64,000 bases of DNA from NCBI RefSeq assembly GCF_006345805.1, contig NC_043003.1, forward strand, positions 50,654,001 through 50,718,000, read 5' to 3'. Both the position numbers and the translations under genes were made by a program. The notes below the pieces were generated by a model, which was given only the letters and a program-made list of their open reading frames with translations, was not told where the DNA came from and made no database searches. This document shows positions 1-13,051 of this stretch, piece by piece (position 1 is the stretch's first letter; each line of letters opens with the position of its first letter). The stretch is from Octopus sinensis (taxonomy: Eukaryota).

Positions 1-377
1 ACTGCGGTTGCTGGCACATAAGAAAGACACTAAAGCACAATGCAGTACAAAGATGTACGACTGGTCCGAAGGAGACTTTTTTGTCTCTTTAGGAGTTATT
101 TTCGGTTATATTTATGTATAAAGGGTCGTTTAGCAGAACCGGTAGTGGGTCGGGAAAATGCCATATTTAATAGTACCCATTTAATATCCGAGTTCCTAAT
201 CCTCGAAGTTCGACTCTAGTCTTCACCCTTTCGGCCTTGATAAATAAGTACGAGTTAATTACTAAGGGACATTATATCCCACTATCTTTAATCTGTTATT
301 AGTATTGTTCCATTTGAACTTGATTTTCATCACTGTAAGGGTCGATAATATAAGTACTGAATATGTATTTGCGTCTG

Positions 378-409
<32 letters not shown>

Positions 410-416
<7 letters not shown>

Positions 417-1343
417 AATAAAATAGAACATATGCATATATATAAACATATATGTACGTACCTACCTCTACATGTACATATACACGCATATATGTGTACA
501 GGACACCAAAAAGACGTCGAACACATAGAGAGACGAAAAACATAGACACAAACCAAGGAACAGGACAAGCAAAAAAAAAAAAAGGATACAGGACAATAAG
601 CACAACGAAAAATCCCCTTCTTCAGTCGCTAAGGTTTCATCTACTCTACGTTTCGAAGGATAAAAGCGAGACGTATCTTCGAAGAAACTTCCTTCCTGCG
701 AAAAGCAAATCAATTAAAATTCTGAGATCTTTTCGCAAAGGGGTAAAAAATGGTAAAAAAAAAGCAAGACGGTAACGACAGTACAAACATATAAACAGTA
801 AAAAAATATATATAAACAGTGGGAAATAAATATATAACAGTGAGAGACAGGACAAGGAGAACAAGATAAGAAGGGCTGTTTACGCCAGACGAAAAAAAGT
901 ATTGCAAACGCTGGATTATAGTGGACGACGAGAGAGAAGGATATCGACCAGTAGCCTTAGAAGGCGGGCGAGAAAAGACAGGATAGCAGTTACGACGGAA
1001 GTATCGTCGCAGATGGACGACGGGAATGGGGGAGGAGGAGCAAGAGGAAGAGAGAGAAGAAGGGGAATGGTGCGAGGAGACCATGAAGAATGGTGAGGGG
1101 GAGAGAGAGAATGAAGAAGAATGAGAGAGAGAGGAAGAGACAAGTTAAGTGAGGGAAAAAGACGAAAAAGGGAATGGGATAGAAAGAAAGAAAGATGCAG
1201 AGTTGCGTGAGAGTTAATATCAAGGCTAACTTGATAAACAGAACAATCTTACTTAATAGGGTGCGTGCGTTTAGTCGTATAATATGTTAATAAAATAGAA
1301 CATATGCATATATATAAACATATATGTACGTACCTACCTCTAC

Positions 1344-1439
<96 letters not shown>

Positions 1440-1621
1440 GTACTGTTGTGTCTGGGGAGAGTCATTTTCTTTTTGTACCTTATAATTTAACACACTCACT
1501 GGTAAAATTTCCACTTATTTCTTATTTTTTATTTTCCTAAATAACAGAATATGCTTCAATACACGAACTCACATAAAGAATCTCGCAAACCAAATCCAAA
1601 AACGAAATATATATGTGTGTG

Positions 1622-1688
<67 letters not shown>

Positions 1689-2625
1689 ATATATATGTTA
1701 ATAAAATAGAACATATGCATATATATAACATATATGTACGTACCTACCTCTACATGTACATATACACGCATATATGTGTACAGGACACCAAAAAGACGTC
1801 GAACACATAGAGAGACGAAAAACATAGACACAAACCAAGGAACAGGACAAGCAAAAAAAAAAAAAGGATACAGGACAATAAGCACAACGAAAAATCCCCT
1901 TCTTCAGTCGCTAAGGTTTCATCTACTCTACGTTTCGAAGGATAAAAGCGAGACGTATCTTCGAAGAAACTTCCTTCCTGCGAAAAGCAAATCAATTAAA
2001 ATTCTGAGATCTTTTCGCAGAGGGGTAAAAAATGGTAAAAAAAAAGCAAGACGGTAACGACAGTACAAACATATAAACAGTAAAAAAATATATATAAACA
2101 GTGGAAAAATAAATATATAACAGTGAGAGACAGGACAAGGAGAACAAGATAAGAAGGGCTGTTTACGCCAGACGAAAAAAGTATTGCAAACGCTGGATTA
2201 TAGTGGACGACGAGAGAGAAGGAATGTCGACCAGTAGCCTTAGAAGGCGGGCGAGAAAAGACAGGATAGCAGTTACGACGGAAGTATCGTCGCAGATGGA
2301 CGACGGGAATGGGGGAGGAGGAGCAAGAGGAAGAGAGAGAAGAAGGGGAATGGTGCGAGGAGACCATGAAGAATGGTGAGGGGGAGAGAGAGAATGAAGA
2401 AGAATGAGAGAGAGAGGAAGAGACAAGTTAAGTGAGGGAAAAAGACGAAAAAGGGAATGGGATAGAAAGAAGAAAGATGCAGAGTTGCGTGAGAGTTAAT
2501 ATCAAGGCTAACTTGATAAACAGAACAATCTTACTTAATAGGGTGCGTGCGTTTAGTCGTATAATATGTTAATAAAATAGAACATATGCATATATATAAA
2601 CATATATGTACGTACCTACCTCTAC

Positions 2626-2658
<33 letters not shown>

Positions 2659-2906
2659 GTGTGTGTGTGTGGTGTGTGTGTGTGTGTGTTGTGTGTGTGT
2701 GTGTGTGTTGTGTGTGTGTGTGTGTGTACTGTGTGTCTGGGGAGAGTCATTTTCTTTTTGTACCTTATAATTTAACACACTCACTGGTAAAATTTCCACT
2801 TATTTCTTATTTTTTATTTTCCTAAATAACAGAATATGCTTCAATACACGAACTCACATAAAGAATCTCGCAAACCAAATCCAAAAACGAAATATATATG
2901 TGTGTG

Positions 2907-2942
<36 letters not shown>
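410..2942. repeat. Tandem duplication, two ~1282-bp units bounded by (TA)n tracts
   Basis: Identical 107-aa ORFs at 452 and 1734 (offset 1282), and the same offset at 1287/2569. Units differ by a few substitutions, 1-bp homopolymer indels and microsatellite length. Confidence 0.95.
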
Positions 2943-2944
<2 letters not shown>

Positions 2945-4635
2945 TACCCTTACTTTTTCAAAACTAGATACTTGTATAGAAACTGCCATCGTTGAACATT
3001 TAGCTCCATATAAAATTCTTTTTGACTGCTAGTGCTACCAACAACCCACGTTTATAGCAAAATCTGCCAATGAAGTTATTTTAGAACAGAAAAAGAATTA
3101 TTGCTCTCACTTTTACTTTCTTCTTTATCTTTCCATCCCAAAGCATTCCATCCCAAAGCACCCCTTCACAGAGCCTAACATTTCCTCGTGTTGACAGCTC
3201 TGTAATATTTTTCAACTCTTATCCTATCGCCAGACATTTCCCCGCATATTTTCAATCCCTTTCTTAGACGCTAACTTCACAACACCAATAACACAAAACA
3301 ACAACAAAAAGGTCTTAACTAGAGAGCTTCTACACTAGATAGAATTTTACCTTCCTTTGGTGGCCATTTTTTATACAGTGTCAAAACAAAAACACGTCCG
3401 TCAAAGTTAGCCTATCTTTGATGACATTCCTGCTGAAAATTCACCATCATTGCTTTGCAGTACCACGAAATAGTGGTAAGGAATAGCTGAAGGCATGTTT
3501 TTGTGTCGAAAGAATATTTTTTCCTGTTGTCACTGTTATTGATCAAAATCCAGTAAAAGTTAGCAATGTATATTTTCAGATTCTTCATTTTCAATATGAT
3601 CTACTGAGTGGTTAGTCATTTTTAAAATTTTCAGTTTTAACTGAAGATCAACAGAATTTGACAGTAGTAGATCATCCTCGTTAGAGCATGATCAGAATTT
3701 TCAATTTCAGTTTTTAAATTCATTTTTCAGGGTGAAGATAAAATCTGGATACATGAGACATATCGCTAATATTCTTTTTTCTTCCACAAATTGAATATGA
3801 GTTTGTCGAAAAAAGAAAGAATTGAATTATTCTATAATGTAAACCATATTGGAATTGTTATTCATCGATGCAGTTCAAGAAAATTATTGAAAATATGAAA
3901 TTTAGCCTTTAGGGTCATCCCGTATTCCTATCATGAAATTTCAACAAATTGCAGTGCATAAACAGACAAAACATAAAGCAAATCTTTATGGACGAAGGCT
4001 TAAAGCCAAAATTGACAGCAAAGCATCAAGGGACACTTGCTATATATAGGCACATAACTTATACATGTGTATATGTACACACACAAACACACAAACACAC
4101 ACAAACAGACATACACATGTATGTATTTATGCATGTATGTGTATATATTTGTATGTGTGTGTGTGTGTAATTCATAAAAGATATTTTAGAAAGATACTGA
4201 GTTATACTATAAGGATATACATAAGAGCCAAGCACTATTGATGTATTTCCCACAAAATCCTATTCCACTGAGTTAAAACAGAATCCTGCAAGGCGTTGAG
4301 CTGGCAGAATCGTTGGCTCACCGAACAAAATGCTAAGGAGCATTTCGTCCGTCTTTACGTTCTGAGGTTAAATATCGCCGAAGTCGACCTTCAGGGTAGG
4401 CAACATAAGTACCTGTTGAGCACTGGGGTTGAAAAATAAATAGAAATTGAGTATTGGGGGCGATGTAATCGACTTACCCATTTCCTCGGAATTGCTGGCC
4501 TTGTGTCAAACTTTGAAATCAATATAAAATCTCCACATTTTCAAGAGGCATATATACTTAAAGGCGTCGTTTATTTCTATATTAATTGTTAGCTTGCTAA
4601 TTATTTTCTGGTAGTTGTTACTATTGCTGCTACTC

Positions 4636-5210
4636 TAAGGCGGCGAGCTGGCAGAATCGTTAGCACGCCGGGCGAAATGCGTATTCGTATTTCGTCTGCC
4701 GTTTCGTTCTGAGTTCAAATTCCACCGAGGTCGACTTTGCCTTTCATCCTTTCGGGGTCGATTAAATAAGTACCAGTTACGCACTGGAGTCGATATAATT
4801 GACTTAATCCGTTTGTCTGTCCTTGTTTATCCTCTCTGTGTTTCGCCGCTTGTGGGTAATAAAGAAATAGGTATTACCTCTGCCGCTACGTTCTGATTTC
4901 AAATTCCACCGAGGTCAACTTTGCTTTTCATCCTTTCGGAGTCAATTAAATAAGCACCAGTTACGCACTGGGGTCGATATAATCGACTTAATCTGTTTGT
5001 CTGTCCTTGTTTTTTCCACTCTGTGTTTCGCCACTTGAGGTTAATAAAGAAATAGGTATTTCCTCTGCCGTTACGTTCTGCGTTCAAATTCCGCCGAGGT
5101 CGACTTTGCTTTTCATCCTTTCGGGGTCGATTAAATAAGTACCTGGGGTCCATATAATCGACTTAATCTCTTCCCCCAAATTTGAGGCCTTGTGCTTCCA
5201 GTAGAAAGGA
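4636..5210 (+). mobile_element. tRNA-derived SINE family A (head TAAGGCGGCGAGCTGGCAGAA) with an internal ~180-bp module in tandem
   Basis: tRNA-like head with B-box GAGTTCAAATTCC. The module restarts at about 4691, 4875 and 5058. The same family recurs many times in the window. Confidence 0.85.
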
Positions 5211-5587
5211 CCATTACAGCTGTTCTATGAAACATTTTCACTTCCTAAATCTAACATTGATGTATTTTCTTCATTGTATGAATTTAACTCTCGATAACCG
5301 TTGCATTGATTCTGAGGTATTTGATAATATCGACGATTAGTCATCGCTGCTATTGTAGGTAATTATTATAATTGTTGTTCTCCTTTGTATTGTTCTCGAT
5401 GTTGCTGTTTTCGTTTAACTTTCATTGATCCCCGGTCGAAGAGACCTGTGACCAATTGTGTTCCAGTCGTTGTCAATTCCGTTTCTTTGGGAGAATCTAG
5501 GATTGGTTAATCTAATGCACCCGTTCGTTTTTGAGTGACAGTTAGGTGTAATTTTTCCACAGGCACACACACATATGCACACGCACA

Positions 5588-5588
5588 C

Positions 5589-5681
<93 letters not shown>
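5588..5681. repeat. (GATA)n microsatellite
   Basis: Pure AGAT run. Confidence 0.98.
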
Positions 5682-5682
<1 letters not shown>

Positions 5683-5944
5683 TGAGAAAGTATATATATA
5701 TGTGTGTGTTTATAAAAGATGACCGCCTCAAAGAATAAGAAAACTCCGGGCTGAGTATTTTATTGTGCATGTTGGAACGTTCAAGGCCACACAATAACTA
5801 AGCATACGCGCGCGTGTGTGTGTAAGAGAGAGAGAGAAACAGAGTGAGAGTATATGTGTGTGTGTATATATACACATATATACATACAGACACATACACA
5901 CCAAACACGCGCACACACACACACTCTCATATTTTTACACATGG

Positions 5945-5997
<53 letters not shown>

Positions 5998-5998
<1 letters not shown>

Positions 5999-6850
5999 TA
6001 ATCAATTAGGGTAGCAAAAAATTCAGTAAAAATTTATCGCTACCAGCGGCCTGATGGAAAAGAGAAAATAGTCAAAGACTAAATATGTATAAATATAACA
6101 ATTTAGGAATGGCCTAAACAGGCCATTCGTCCACCAGAAAGAGCAGCCAGAACTCCAACCGCCAAGTAGTGTAATTCGGAAATAAGGTGAAAATTTAAAA
6201 ACATTTACCCTAATTCATCTTTTATACGATGCATCGTTTCAGTGTCTTTAATGATAGACCAGCTTAATTAAATTAAATTAAGCTAGTCTACCATAGGTCA
6301 CACTTCATCAGTAAAAGAAACCTGGGAGAGACGGATATACACGAGGCGACTGTATCAATGCCTCGGGAATATCTGTCTTAAAATTTTCAAGACCAACGCA
6401 TTCGCGCCAAACTTATCGGCAGCAAATATAAACTGCCGATTCAATCTCAGAATTAGTCAGAAAATTATCAATTAATCAATTTAGGGTAGCAAAAAATTCA
6501 GTAAAAATTTATCGCTACCAGCGGCCTGATGGAAAAGAGAAAATAGTCAAAGACTAAATATGTATAAATATAACAATTTAGGAATGGCCTAAACAGGCCA
6601 TTCGTCCACCAGAAAGAGCAGCCAGAACTCCAACCGCCAAGTAGTGTAATTCGGAAATAAGGTGAAAATTTAAAAACATTTACCCTAATTCATCTTTTAT
6701 ACGATGCATCGTTTCAGTGTCTTTAATGATAGACCAGCTTAATTAAATTAAATTAAGCTAGTCTCCGAATTACACTACTTGGCGGTTGGAGTTCTGGCTG
6801 CTCTTTCTGGTGGACGAATGGCCTGTTTAGGCCATTCCTAAATTGTTATA
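5998..6850 (-). mobile_element. Penelope-like element terminal-repeat remnant (direct repeat plus inverted segment)
   Basis: 5998-6289 is repeated at 6472-6764, and 6569-6654 is inverted at 6765-6850. Contains a hammerhead motif. This architecture is typical of PLE pseudo-LTRs. Confidence 0.75.
6218..6318 (-). ncRNA. Type I hammerhead ribozyme, catalytic core intact
   Basis: Minus strand reads TCTTTTA-CTGATGA-AGTGT...ACACT-GAAA-CGATGCATCG-TA-TAAAAGA: 7-bp stem I, CUGAUGA, stem II, GAAA, palindromic stem III, GUA cleavage triplet. Confidence 0.85.
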
Positions 6851-7589
6851 TATATATATATATATATTTATTGTATTTATGCGTATATATGTGTATATAT
6901 ATGAGCATGTTGAACTGTTTTTATTTTAAACATTGAGAAGAAACAGTAAAAGCAGTTTTTTTCTTATCACGATTGCTTTCGCATTTCCTTATAATTTAAT
7001 CATATTTGGTGCGGAACACTAAATTCTCAAGCTCCATCAGTATTTGATGAATATCCCAGATCTCTGGATTAAACAAATTTTCACTGGTGTTTATTATTAC
7101 GTTATTTTTGTTATTTAGCGCAAGGTTCAACCCCGCCCAATTCCTGCACTAATGACTACGCCCTGTACTTCCTTCCTAGAATGTCGTTCTTCTGCCATTG
7201 TCTCCTTGTACGTATCTTTCTCTTAAGCGTCGGCTCACAAAAGTTCGCGAGAAACATTAACGGCATCAATCTCACTGGCCTCAGAATGCCTACGAAAGTC
7301 ATGAGTGCTGCCTCTATCTCCAAACCCAGCAAGTAAAACAGAACGGTCTATTTTGATTGGGTAAACCTATAGCTAAAAAAAATAAAGCATTCTGGCTATG
7401 GCCATTACATCGATGGTAAAATATTTAAAGTAACAACGAAATATAAAACAATGTAATCAGCTGGGGCGACATTACCTAGTGTATTTCTCCTCTCCCACTT
7501 TTAAGGCAGTGGTATTTGACTGGTAAATTTGACTATTAATTGTAGCAGATCATGAGCTAGTTTAGAAAGAAAGTCTTTTGCTGGCTTCT

Positions 7590-7808
7590 TAGGAAGGGGT
7601 GCTGAAAACGTGCTGGCTTTAAGGGTATCGCGAAAGGTCTGATTCGAGGCCCAACGTTCCAAGTTCTTTTACAGAGCTTAGAAAACCCCCCTGAAGAAAC
7701 GTTGCAATAAGTGTGTGAATTTGGGAGGGAAATATGTTGAACAAAATCATGATTAACTGATCTTCGTGTATTTTCTTTTACCCAGGACCTTTTCAGCACC
7801 CACTCGTA
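7590..7808 (+). mobile_element. mariner-derived short non-autonomous element
   Basis: Degenerate TIRs (TAGGAAGGGGTGCTGAAAACGTGCTGG / CCAGGACCTTTTCAGCACCCACTCGTA) with TA ends. The interior resembles the end of a mariner transposase. Confidence 0.7.
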
Positions 7809-8199
7809 CGGTTTTGGCTGTAGAAAACAGTTATTATTACCAGCTTTTACATTTTCTGACCATTCATCTACGTTTTTATTCAGTAATCAGTAAATGGAAT
7901 AGTTAAACTATCGGCTGTTCAGTTGTTACTAGGGTGAATTATTTGTGCAGTCTACGTTATACTTACAAACGAAAACTTCTGTGATTTACATAATTCCTTT
8001 GTGTTATTAAGTCTAAGAACACGTAAGTGTGTATGATTAAGTATTTCGCATAGCGGTCAGGTGGTTCGAATTAGATACCACGGAACAGTAACGTTGGTAG
8101 CGCTAACCAGAGCCTTGGGATTGAAATCTGGTAAACAGAAACTGGGAAGAAGCTTACTTTGAACATGCATCCATCAATCCATCCATCCATCCATCCATC

Positions 8200-8312
8200 C
8201 ATACATACACGCACGCACATACATACATACATACATACATACGTACATACATACATACATACATACATACAAACATACATACATACATACATACATACAT
8301 ACATACATACAT
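8200..8312. repeat. (CATA)n/(CATC)n microsatellite
   Basis: Direct reading. Confidence 0.95.
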
Positions 8313-8881
8313 AGGTAAATAGATAGATATGATGCTGGGGAGTCCCCGTCAATCGGAGTCGAGGATTCAGATGTTTGGTCAAATGAATAAACCTGCTCCT
8401 GAATAAACGTGGACGTAGTTGAGCATTATACTCACGAGTACCCTTATCGTAATTTCTAGCTTGAAACAGCGTGACAGAGTAACTTTTGAATTACCGGTAT
8501 AATCCACCCGACTGGATTCTATACTTTTTCCGTTCACTGGCAAAGAAGACGCGTAATGAGATCGAACCTGTGACTTCACAATTGTTAAGCGAACTTCTTA
8601 GCCATTTAAATATACTTATCTCCGATACATAAACACATACATATAAACATGTAAACACACACACGCACACATATATACACACATTCATGCATACATGTGT
8701 GTGTGAGTACACGCAAGCCTCTATGTTATGGAGACAAATATTCACATCGTTGTGAATATTCTTTTCTACTCTAGGCACAAGACCCGAAAATTTGCGGGGA
8801 GGGGGTCAGTCGATTAGATCGACCCTAGTGCAGAATTTGAACTCAAAACGTAAAGACAGAAAAATACCTATATATATATAT

Positions 8882-9106
8882 AGTAAACGAGTAACGGTGC
8901 ATAAAGAACAAATAAATCTCCCGGAATACCGACAAATTCCACTGAGTGACCACTTAGTCTCATGTGCTAAAGACTTAAACCCCAAATTCTATATATTCCC
9001 CTTCTACCAATGTAAAGACGGGATCACCACACAGGAGAGAATTAACAAGGAGAATCTCTTTATTGAAAAATTCCAAACACAACTTAATATGCAAACTCCT
9101 CGTTGA
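8882..9106 (+). pseudogene. Penelope-like GIY-YIG endonuclease C-terminal fragment
   Basis: KRVTVHKEQI..PEYRQIPLSDHLVSCA....FYIFPFYQC......RINKENLFIEKF...LN matches the PLE endonuclease pattern R..H..H..C and R..E..I...LN-stop. Confidence 0.8.
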
Positions 9107-9747
9107 TCAAACTTCCTTTCTCTACCTCACTCTTCATGGATGGACTAACACAAATATATAAAGATACCATGCATTCATCACTTCAAGCTAAAACTTATAT
9201 TCTTTAAATATCATTTTTACTATTGTTGTTATTACTATCATTTTTATTATAAATGATATGACAATTTGAAATGCAATTGTCTATGCAGATTTATATTATT
9301 AGAAAATAATATAAATAAAGTGTTAAAATCTGAAAGTTAAGTTAACAAGCAATTATATAAAAAATAATGCAAATGAAGCTAAAATGATAGTTTTATAATT
9401 TGGGTTTTATTGAAGAACTCAAAAGAGTTGTCTCCCCTTACCCACAACACAGGAACTGAAGAACCAGGACCACAATTACTACTACTTCCTGTCCTGCAAC
9501 ATGCTGAATTTAACAACACAACACATCACATGCTCTTAATCCCTTTGGATCTAACACCTCAAGGTATTTTTTGGTAAACAACCATAAAACTCAAGATACA
9601 CAACGAACTCACAATGTATCGGAGAACTTATTTTTTAATTTTTGTACATTTTTATCATTATTCTTTTACAAAAAACAATGCAATTTTCTTTTTTTCCCCT
9701 TTCTAATTTTTAAAATAACTTCTTAAAATAACTTCTTAAAACATAAA

Positions 9748-9788
9748 TATTCTTGACAAGTCATACAATGACGAAAACCGGTTGAATA
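9748..9788 (+). ncRNA. Degenerate minimal hammerhead in the PLE 3' region
   Basis: TATTC-TTGACAA-GTCAT(aca)ATGAC-GAAAA-CCGG-TT-GAATA. Stems I, II and III pair, but the core is mutated (TTGACAA for CTGANGA, plus an extra A). Confidence 0.55.
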
Positions 9789-10449
9789 AATATATATTTA
9801 TATATTTTATCATTTTCTCATTTTATTAAAATTTTCTTTCATTTGAGCATTCTGCATTTTTAAAAAAATTTTTCCTTACTTATCATTTCTCCACGTGCGG
9901 TCAACACAACCCCACCATTTATTGATCTATATATATATATATATATATATATCCCAGAAGTACTTTAGTTTTTTTTTTTCAAGTTTAAGATTACATTAAA
10001 AGTTGCAGTTGTTTCTCCTTTTATGTATAGTTTAACGTTTAGAGTCGTTAAATGTAATACTTAGGTAAATATCCAAATCTCATTAGTCACCTGAATTTTA
10101 TCCAGCGACAAGCAGTTTAAAGCATTGATGATATAGAGATTGAATTACGTGCGCGCGGAGGGAAGGGGTATATTTGCGTGCGTTCGAGCATGCGCGAAGA
10201 AACTACTATCACGAACGTTCCCTCTTTTTTTTTTCTGTCAGAGTATGTCTGTGGTCACATTATCTAATGTAATATTTTTTAAGACGGTAGAAAGCTAGAA
10301 GAATTGGATGTTATTTTTGCAGGTCGAATAATCACGTTATTTAAAGCATTATAGTTTTCTTACCGTGTTCATACCCAAAATGGTCTGCTACAATATTTTA
10401 ATGTACTTTATTAACTAGCGAGTAATAAATTTTATAACCAAAGCTTTAA

Positions 10450-10745
10450 ATCTGTATTGTTTGTTCCTTCTCGAGCCACGCTTGGTTCATAGGGCCGGTT
10501 TCCCGGTTTCCTTGGCGTATAGGTTACCCACCTGAACGGAACGCCGGTCCGTCGCAGGTGAGCTGCAAGAGGAAAGAGTGAGAGAAAGTTGTGGCGAAAG
10601 AGTAAGCAGAAGTTCGCCATTACCTTCTGCCGAAGCCGCGTGGAGCTTAGGTGTTTCGCTCATAAACACACACATCGCCCGGTTTGAGATTCGAACCTGC
10701 GATCCCTCGACCGCGATCCCGCTGCTCTAACCACTAGGCCTCCAC
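10450..10745 (-). mobile_element. tRNA-derived SINE family C
   Basis: Head GGCCTAGTGGTTAGAGCAGCGG...GGTTCGAATCTC. Tail CCGGCGTTCCGTTCAGGTGGGTAACCTATACGCCAAGGAAACCGGG. Other copies at 20810, 21984, 43030 and 51425. Confidence 0.85.
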
Positions 10746-11054
10746 CTTAAGTCTGTATAGATATTCTATACTCTAATACTTGCTTACACATTTTTCAGCG
10801 TATATAACATATCCTGTTGCAGACTTAAAGGTCTTAGTACACTGGTCATTCAGCTACGACCAGGAGCCATTAAAAGATAAAATAAGTCTCTGAATTTGTA
10901 GGTTTCTTCAAGATCTTTTCAACAGTTAATGGTTTCCATTCTTCTATTGTTCATAGCTCCTTGTTAATTTAACTTTGCTTTGTATCTCTCTCATAGACGC
11001 TTTTAGATAGAGATATACTATTTACTATTGGTAACATTTATTTAATAAATAGTA

Positions 11055-11350
11055 AAAAAAAGAGAAACTGCGTTTGTAGCAGCTTAAAAGAACAGCCATT
11101 TTCTGTGTAGATAAAGCTATAGACAAAATTCTATGACGATATAAATGTACAGTCAGAGCATAACATTATAAAGACTGCCAAAAACTAACTCTGATAATGT
11201 GTACTTTATTTACATAAAAAAAAAGAAAAATATGTTTGTAGTAGCTTAAAAAAAGACTATTTGTATACAGATAAAAAAACACAAAACTCTATAAAGAAAA
11301 AATGTATAGTAAGCGCATATGTGCTATAAGGACTGCTAAAAATTAAATTC
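11055..11350. repeat. Diverged ~160-bp tandem duplication
   Basis: AAAAAAAGA.AAA...GTTTGTAG.AGCTTAAAA...ATAA.GACTGC.AAAAA.TAA.TC occurs twice. Confidence 0.6.
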
Positions 11351-12790
11351 GTTATATTGTTCAAGGCCAGCAATTTTGAGAGAAGAGATAATTCAGTCAT
11401 TTCGCCCCTTATTTTATCGACCCCGAAAGGATAAAAGGTAAAATCGACCTCACATTATTTAGAAAGGTGAAATATACAGTAACAAAAAAAAAAAAAATTC
11501 AATTTTATTCAATGAACCATGTGACTGATGTTTCTTTTTTATATATATAATTGTGGCCAGGAAAGCAGTTTTAAGGTACTTAATTCCATAGACCTCGAAT
11601 GGATGAAAAGATAAGTTTACTCAAGCTGATTTTTAACTCCAAGGACACAGAACGAAAACTGTAAGGCATTTTTCTGAAACTCTAATGATTCTGCCAGCTC
11701 ACGGCTCTTGCAATCCTTACTATAATGATGGCTTGTTAAACAGTAACATACAACTATGTAAATGATAGATATCTGTTTTGGTGAAATATGAAGATTATGC
11801 AATTGTGTTTTTGTGGATTGGGTAGTTAAGTTTCTTATGTGACCCTCTGAGAAACATATATATATAACCCTGAACTGTCCCACTTTTTCACATGCCCTCT
11901 AAAATTGCAATAGTGTTCTTTGGGTGGCCTATGTTTCCAAATCGAGAATCACTGTCTTAAAACATTATAGGAAGGTCATACATATTTCACGAAGATTAGA
12001 TTAGAAAGAGAGAGACATGATGTAATTATATTTTTAAGGTCGTGTTTCGTACAAATTTCCTCGAGACAAAACTTCTAGTTTCAAATCAGTAACTGTGTTC
12101 TACGGAGTTAAAATAAGTTTCAGCTTTCAAGCAGCTCAGTTTGTAGTAAAACAGCAAGAGATGTGGCTTCGGTCACAAACTAAGATAAAGGTTTCGAGTT
12201 GCTGAAGAGACCAACTAGGTCAAACAAATCGTTTATCTCATGGTTTTCTGAAATTCTGCGAACAACGATTCGTTTGTAAATATTACCACTATACACATAC
12301 ACACAGAAACACAAACACACATGGGCGCAGGCTCATACACACACATATACATATATGAATATGTGTGCATGTTTTATGCCTATATGGTAGAGCGAGAAGG
12401 GACATATATATGTGCTTAGATAGAAATATTCATATAGCTATGTATGTATGCGTGTACGTACATACGTACGTAAGTGTTTATGTATGTACACACATCTGTT
12501 TAACATTTTATTAATATAGCACGACAACTTCCCTGAAGAAATTCCAACTAGTCTACTACTGAATCTCGTTACAATTTCTGGTAATATAAAACGCGGCAAG
12601 ATTATCCATTGGCAATCTACTTCAAATACATTGGTCGCCTCTATTTTTGCTCAATCCGCTCACGATCAAATCTCATTGCCACCACCACAACCACCACCGC
12701 CACCACCACTACTACTGCAACTCTCCCCAACATTCAGACGCCGCTTTTCTTCACTTCCTGTCAGCTGGAGTGACTAGCATTTCTGTTTGC

Positions 12791-12844
<54 letters not shown>

Positions 12845-12859
12845 ATTCATGAATATATT

Positions 12860-12897
<38 letters not shown>

Positions 12898-12998
12898 CAT
12901 ACATGTGTGTGTGTGTGTTTAAATCTGTTGTCACACGGCAGATTACACTTATTACTATCTACATACGTGTACACGCAGCACGTGCATGATTACGTGTT

Positions 12999-13051
<53 letters not shown>

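Noticed and set aside
3379-3475. 97-nt candidate exon (TTTTATACAG...GTAAGG, one open frame CQNKNTSVKV...PRNS)
   Set aside because: Splice-like sites are common in AT-rich DNA, there is no homology, and no partner exons were found.
9455-9510. CTGAAGA...GGAC/GTCC hammerhead-like motif
   Set aside because: No GAAA or stem III follows.
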